A DNA stretch of 64,000 nt. Source: Calditrichota bacterium (GTDB lineage: Bacteria > Electryoneota > RPQS01). The stretch is taken from the NCBI GenBank assembly GCA_020637445.1, contig JACJVZ010000001.1, forward strand, positions 85,108-149,107. Direction: 5' to 3'. Positions within the stretch are counted from its first letter, which is position 1. Each line of letters begins with the position of its first letter. The translations under genes were made by a program, and so were the position numbers. Positions 60,563 through 64,000 of this stretch are shown here, piece by piece. The notes beneath the pieces are model-generated. The model searched no databases. It was not told the DNA's origin and saw nothing but the letters and a program-made list of their open reading frames with translations.

Positions 60563-63500
60563 ATGAAAATCTCTGGAAGTTTGGTAAGTCGATCGTCAAT
60601 GTTGCTTTTGCTTGCTTGTTTGGCGTTGAGTCCATGGTATGCATGGTCACAAACGGCAAAACAAACGAGTACGCAGCAGTTGCGCAAAGAACCACTTGAA
60701 TCGATGCCGTTTCGAGTTGATTCGCGCGCCGATCAAATAGAAGCAAATAGTACTGAACCCGTTTCAGGAGTCGTACGGTATGCGCCGCCAGAAAACTGGG
60801 AACAGATTCGCGAAGAGTGGAATCCGCTCGACTTACTTGTGGGCGCCAACGCGCGCTGCAATCAAGACGCGTTTGGAAGCTGGCAGAATGAAATCTCGAT
60901 TTCGGGAAGCCCGATTTCGACGAGCTATGCTTTGGCCGGTTCGAACGACTATCGCGGTTCCGATTCCAGAGCCGGGTTTTACCGTACCATTGACGGCGGC
61001 GCGACTTGGACCGATGTGTTGCAAGGTATCGGCAATGCGACGTTGGACGCCGCCGGCGACCCTGTTTGCACAATTGACCGTACGGGCAGAATGTACGCGG
61101 CCTATATCGCGTTTGACCGCAGCCCTGGCGTCGACAACGGACTTTACGTTCAGCGTTCATTGGACAACGGCTTAACGTGGACGACACCGACGGCGGTGAT
61201 TCAGCATATCGGCGGCGGCAATCCGGACTTTGAAGACAAGCCCTACGCCTGCGCGGATATCACTCCCGGTTCGCCGTACTTGGGTCGCTATTACATTACG
61301 TGGACAAAATTCCGTGCGTCCGGCGGCAATCCTATCTACTTTTCTCGGTCAACGGACGGCGGCGCAACTTTTTCCACGGGTGTCCAGATTTCTTCAGGGA
61401 CGAATTGTCAGTTCTCGTGTCCGACGGTCGGCCCGAATGGTGAGATCTATGTGACCTGGCAGGAAGGCGGCAACACCGTTAAGTTCAGGAAATCGCTCGA
61501 CGGTGGCACGACGTGGCAGCCGATCGTGACCGTTGCGACTTACAGCAGCTCGTTCCCGACAAATCCTTGCGGGACTTTCCGACACATCATGTATCCGGTA
61601 ATTGGCAGCGACATCAGCGGCGGCGCTTACAATGGAAACATCTACATTGCATATGGAGCAAGCGTTTCGAGCAGCCCGGAGATCTACTTCACGCGCTCGA
61701 CGGACGGCGGCTCCTCGTGGTCAGTGCCCTACCGTTTGAACGACGTGGCGACCGGTTGGCAGTACCATCACTGGATGGCAGTCAATCCGACAAACGGATT
61801 GATTGGCGCCGCGTGGCTGGATACGCGAGAAGATGGCAGTTCCTGCCAATATAAGAACTACGGATCGATCTCGAACAACGGCGGCGCGAGCTTCCCGGCT
61901 GCAGCTCCTGTTGCGACGGTTGCCTCAAACCCAACGTCTTCCGTCTTCCTCGGGGACTACAACGGCGTTTCCTACCACGGTGACCACTTCTTTGCCGGTT
62001 GGACGGACTTGAGAAACGACGCGGGCGATTGTTATGCGGCGACGTTCGCGCCAGACCCTGTTGCACCGGCAAACGATGCTTGTCCGGGCACATTTGTTAG
62101 CATACCCTACACAGGCACGGGTTCTACGCAATTTGCGAATCACGAAACAGCGAACTGTTTGGGCAACGTGTCGCCGGACGTGTTCTACTATTTCTTCGCC
62201 GATTCCTGTGGAAGCGACATAACAGTATCGCTGTGCGGTTCGGGCTATGACACGGCGTTGGAAATTCTGGGCGGTTGCGGCGGAACTTCGCTCTTCTGTA
62301 ATGACGATTTCTGCAGTCTCCAAAGCAGCATTACGTTTACGCCGACTGCGAACACATATTACACTGTGCGGGTATTTGGATTCACGACGCACTCCGGTGA
62401 CTACACGATCAATATCACGCAAGCCGGAACGCCGCCCGCCAACGATAATTGCAGCGGCGCCACGGCGATCACAGCGCTGCCGTATTCGGATACGGGCAGC
62501 ACATGTTTCGCGGCAAACGACTACGACTATTGTTTCATGAACCAGTCGCCGGAAGTTGTTTATACGCTTACCTTGACGGATTGCGAGGATGTTACGGTGT
62601 CGCTGTGCGGATCGTTCTACGACACTCGTTTGACGGTTCGTACCGGCGGAGCTTGCCCGGGAACGGATGAAATTGCCTGCAACGACGATTTCTGCGGGCT
62701 GCAGAGCCAGGTTACGTTCTCGGCCACGCAAGGTGTGGTCTATTACATCATCGTCGGTGGATTCAGCACGCATCGCGGAGCCTATACGTTGAACATCACC
62801 GGAACGTCGCTTGCTCCGGCAAACGATGTTTGCTCCGGCGCGTATGTGATCAATTCATTGCCCTATACTGATACGGGCAGCACGCTTTGTGCGAATGCGG
62901 ACTATTCGTATTTTGGCTGCTATTCCGATGATTTCATGTCCCGCGACGTTGTCTACCGCTTGAACGTCCCCACTTGCCAAACAGTGCAAGTCAGTACATG
63001 TGACCCGGGGACGAATTACGACACGCGTATTCAGGTGATGGCTGGCGGCGCCTGCCCCGGCAACACACTGGTTGCCTGCAACGATGACTTCTGCGGTCTT
63101 CAGAGTGAATTGTCGTTCGGCGCCTTGGCCAACACGGACTACTACATCTTGATCCGCGGCTATCGTGATTACTCGTATGGCGATTACATCATGACCGTGA
63201 CCAGCCTCGGAAGTTACACGTCGGCCAATGACGTTTGCCCGGGCACGAGCATCACGGCGATTCCTTATACCACGTTCGGAAATACGAGCTGCTCGAATGA
63301 CGACTATGCGAACGGCGATTGCTACTTCTCTGAAAGCTCGCCGGAAGACGTGTTCAACCTAACTCTCGGTACGACGCAGTACGTGACGGTGTCGCTGTGC
63401 GGATCGGGCTATGACACGGGATTGAAAGTCCGCCGCGGTGGAGCCTGTCCGGGTGACGTCATGGTTGTTTGCGATGACGATGCGGCTTGCGGCGGCTCGA

Positions 63501-64000
63501 ATTCGCTGCTTAGCACCGTTGAATTCACAGCCAATGCTGGAGTGACCTACTTCATTCAGGTTAGTGGTTTTACGTCAAACTCCGGTCCGTACACGTTCCA
63601 TGTCGAACCCAGTATCGGTGATCCCGTGGATTCGCTCGTAATCAAGTCCGTCGGAAATACGGTTCAACTGTGGTGGGACGGTTCGCCCAGCGCGTATTAC
63701 TACTATATCCATCGCTCGGCGTCGCAGAACGACTTGTTCTCGTGGACAACCCTTGTCGATGCCACACTAAGTCCGACCACGACATGGACAGATCCGGCGA
63801 CATTGTCTGATCAACTGTATTACGGCGTCACGGCAGTTCCGGACTACATGATTCCGGCACTATTGGCCGCTGGTCTTGGCGAACGTCCGATTCAGGAAGT
63901 GCTTCGCGATGCGAACGCGCAATTGAAGATCACGGCAGAGCCTGTTGAGGCTGTCGAGTACTATTCTGGACCGATTTCGGACAGCCCCGAGCTTGCCGAA
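60563..64000 (+). CDS. Large secreted BNR/Asp-box (sialidase-like beta-propeller) protein followed by four tandem ~125-aa Cys-rich domains; runs off the window end (3' partial)
   Basis: Not in the supplied ORF track because it has no stop inside the window. Frame-2 ORF with signal peptide (MKISGSLVSRSSMLLLLACLAL). Five Asp-box motifs (TIDGGATWTD, SLDNGLTWTT, STDGGATFST, SLDGGTTWQP, STDGGSSWSV). Then repeats beginning (P)AND-x-C. Confidence 0.65.
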   Translation, partial: MKISGSLVSRSSMLLLLACLALSPWYAWSQTAKQTSTQQLRKEPLESMPFRVDSRADQIEANSTEPVSGVVRYAPPENWEQIREEWNPLDLLVGANARCNQDAFGSWQNEISISGSPISTSYALAGSNDYRGSDSRAGFYRTIDGGATWTDVLQGIGNATLDAAGDPVCTIDRTGRMYAAYIAFDRSPGVDNGLYVQRSLDNGLTWTTPTAVIQHIGGGNPDFEDKPYACADITPGSPYLGRYYITWTKFRASGGNPIYFSRSTDGGATFSTGVQISSGTNCQFSCPTVGPNGEIYVTWQEGGNTVKFRKSLDGGTTWQPIVTVATYSSSFPTNPCGTFRHIMYPVIGSDISGGAYNGNIYIAYGASVSSSPEIYFTRSTDGGSSWSVPYRLNDVATGWQYHHWMAVNPTNGLIGAAWLDTREDGSSCQYKNYGSISNNGGASFPAAAPVATVASNPTSSVFLGDYNGVSYHGDHFFAGWTDLRNDAGDCYAATFAPDPVAPANDACPGTFVSIPYTGTGSTQFANHETANCLGNVSPDVFYYFFADSCGSDITVSLCGSGYDTALEILGGCGGTSLFCNDDFCSLQSSITFTPTANTYYTVRVFGFTTHSGDYTINITQAGTPPANDNCSGATAITALPYSDTGSTCFAANDYDYCFMNQSPEVVYTLTLTDCEDVTVSLCGSFYDTRLTVRTGGACPGTDEIACNDDFCGLQSQVTFSATQGVVYYIIVGGFSTHRGAYTLNITGTSLAPANDVCSGAYVINSLPYTDTGSTLCANADYSYFGCYSDDFMSRDVVYRLNVPTCQTVQVSTCDPGTNYDTRIQVMAGGACPGNTLVACNDDFCGLQSELSFGALANTDYYILIRGYRDYSYGDYIMTVTSLGSYTSANDVCPGTSITAIPYTTFGNTSCSNDDYANGDCYFSESSPEDVFNLTLGTTQYVTVSLCGSGYDTGLKVRRGGACPGDVMVVCDDDAACGGSNSLLSTVEFTANAGVTYFIQVSGFTSNSGPYTFHVEPSIGDPVDSLVIKSVGNTVQLWWDGSPSAYYYYIHRSASQNDLFSWTTLVDATLSPTTTWTDPATLSDQLYYGVTAVPDYMIPALLAAGLGERPIQEVLRDANAQLKITAEPVEAVEYYSGPISDSPELAE
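62064..63600 (+). repeat. Four tandem coding repeats (~369-405 bp each; ~70% DNA identity) inside the BNR-protein gene
   Basis: Repeat starts are marked by the ANDxC codons at 62072, 62441, 62822 and 63227. Recurring CGSGYDT / CNDDFCGLQS segments. Confidence 0.6.

Overview
This 64-kb window is from a bacterium that uses type IX secretion (Por/T9SS C-terminal sorting domains recur, as in the Bacteroidota/FCB group). It splits into three parts.

(1) 1-15.5 kb. Two very large secreted T9SS proteins: an SBBP-repeat protein and a 2279-aa beta-helix protein. A lipoprotein gene follows, preceded by a candidate ~165-nt structured small RNA. Then comes an imuB-dnaE2 error-prone polymerase cassette with a palindromic operator over its promoter.

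(2) About 15.8-46.1 kb. A candidate integrated mobile element of roughly 30 kb. At one end is a palindromic iteron origin (TGTAACC x5 / AT-rich spacer / GGTTACA x6) lying just downstream of a primase-polymerase plus SF3-helicase replicase gene. At the other end are an excisionase, a tyrosine integrase, paired 11-bp arm-like repeats and a tRNA-Lys(CUU). The cargo includes a complete type I restriction-modification system (hsdM-hsdS-hsdR plus a zinc-peptidase gene). It also carries a GmrSD-like type IV restriction enzyme translationally coupled to a 501-aa protein of unknown, possibly UDG-like, fold. A 6.4-kb gene cassette sits between two ~85-bp homologous direct repeats, each a conserved hairpin with compensatory changes followed by an identical 21-bp core. 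That cassette encodes an SPFH-domain membrane protein, a WYL-domain regulator (BrxR/CapW-like), a Fis-type HTH protein, a Cas4-like Fe-S PD-(D/E)xK nuclease with a helix-hairpin-helix motif, a helical 366-aa protein and a zinc-ribbon protein. Several further hypothetical genes lie nearby. This cassette is the best candidate for an undescribed defence system.

(3) 46.2-64 kb. A more GC-rich housekeeping region: ftsEX, an H+-pyrophosphatase, metal ABC transporter genes, an MBL-fold protein, an EamA transporter, an OmpA-family protein, SppA, and further T9SS secreted proteins. The last of these is a BNR/Asp-box protein with four tandem Cys-rich domain repeats, truncated at the window end.

No rRNA genes or CRISPR arrays were seen. 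Everything here comes from reading the sequence and the ORF translations; nothing was searched against databases.
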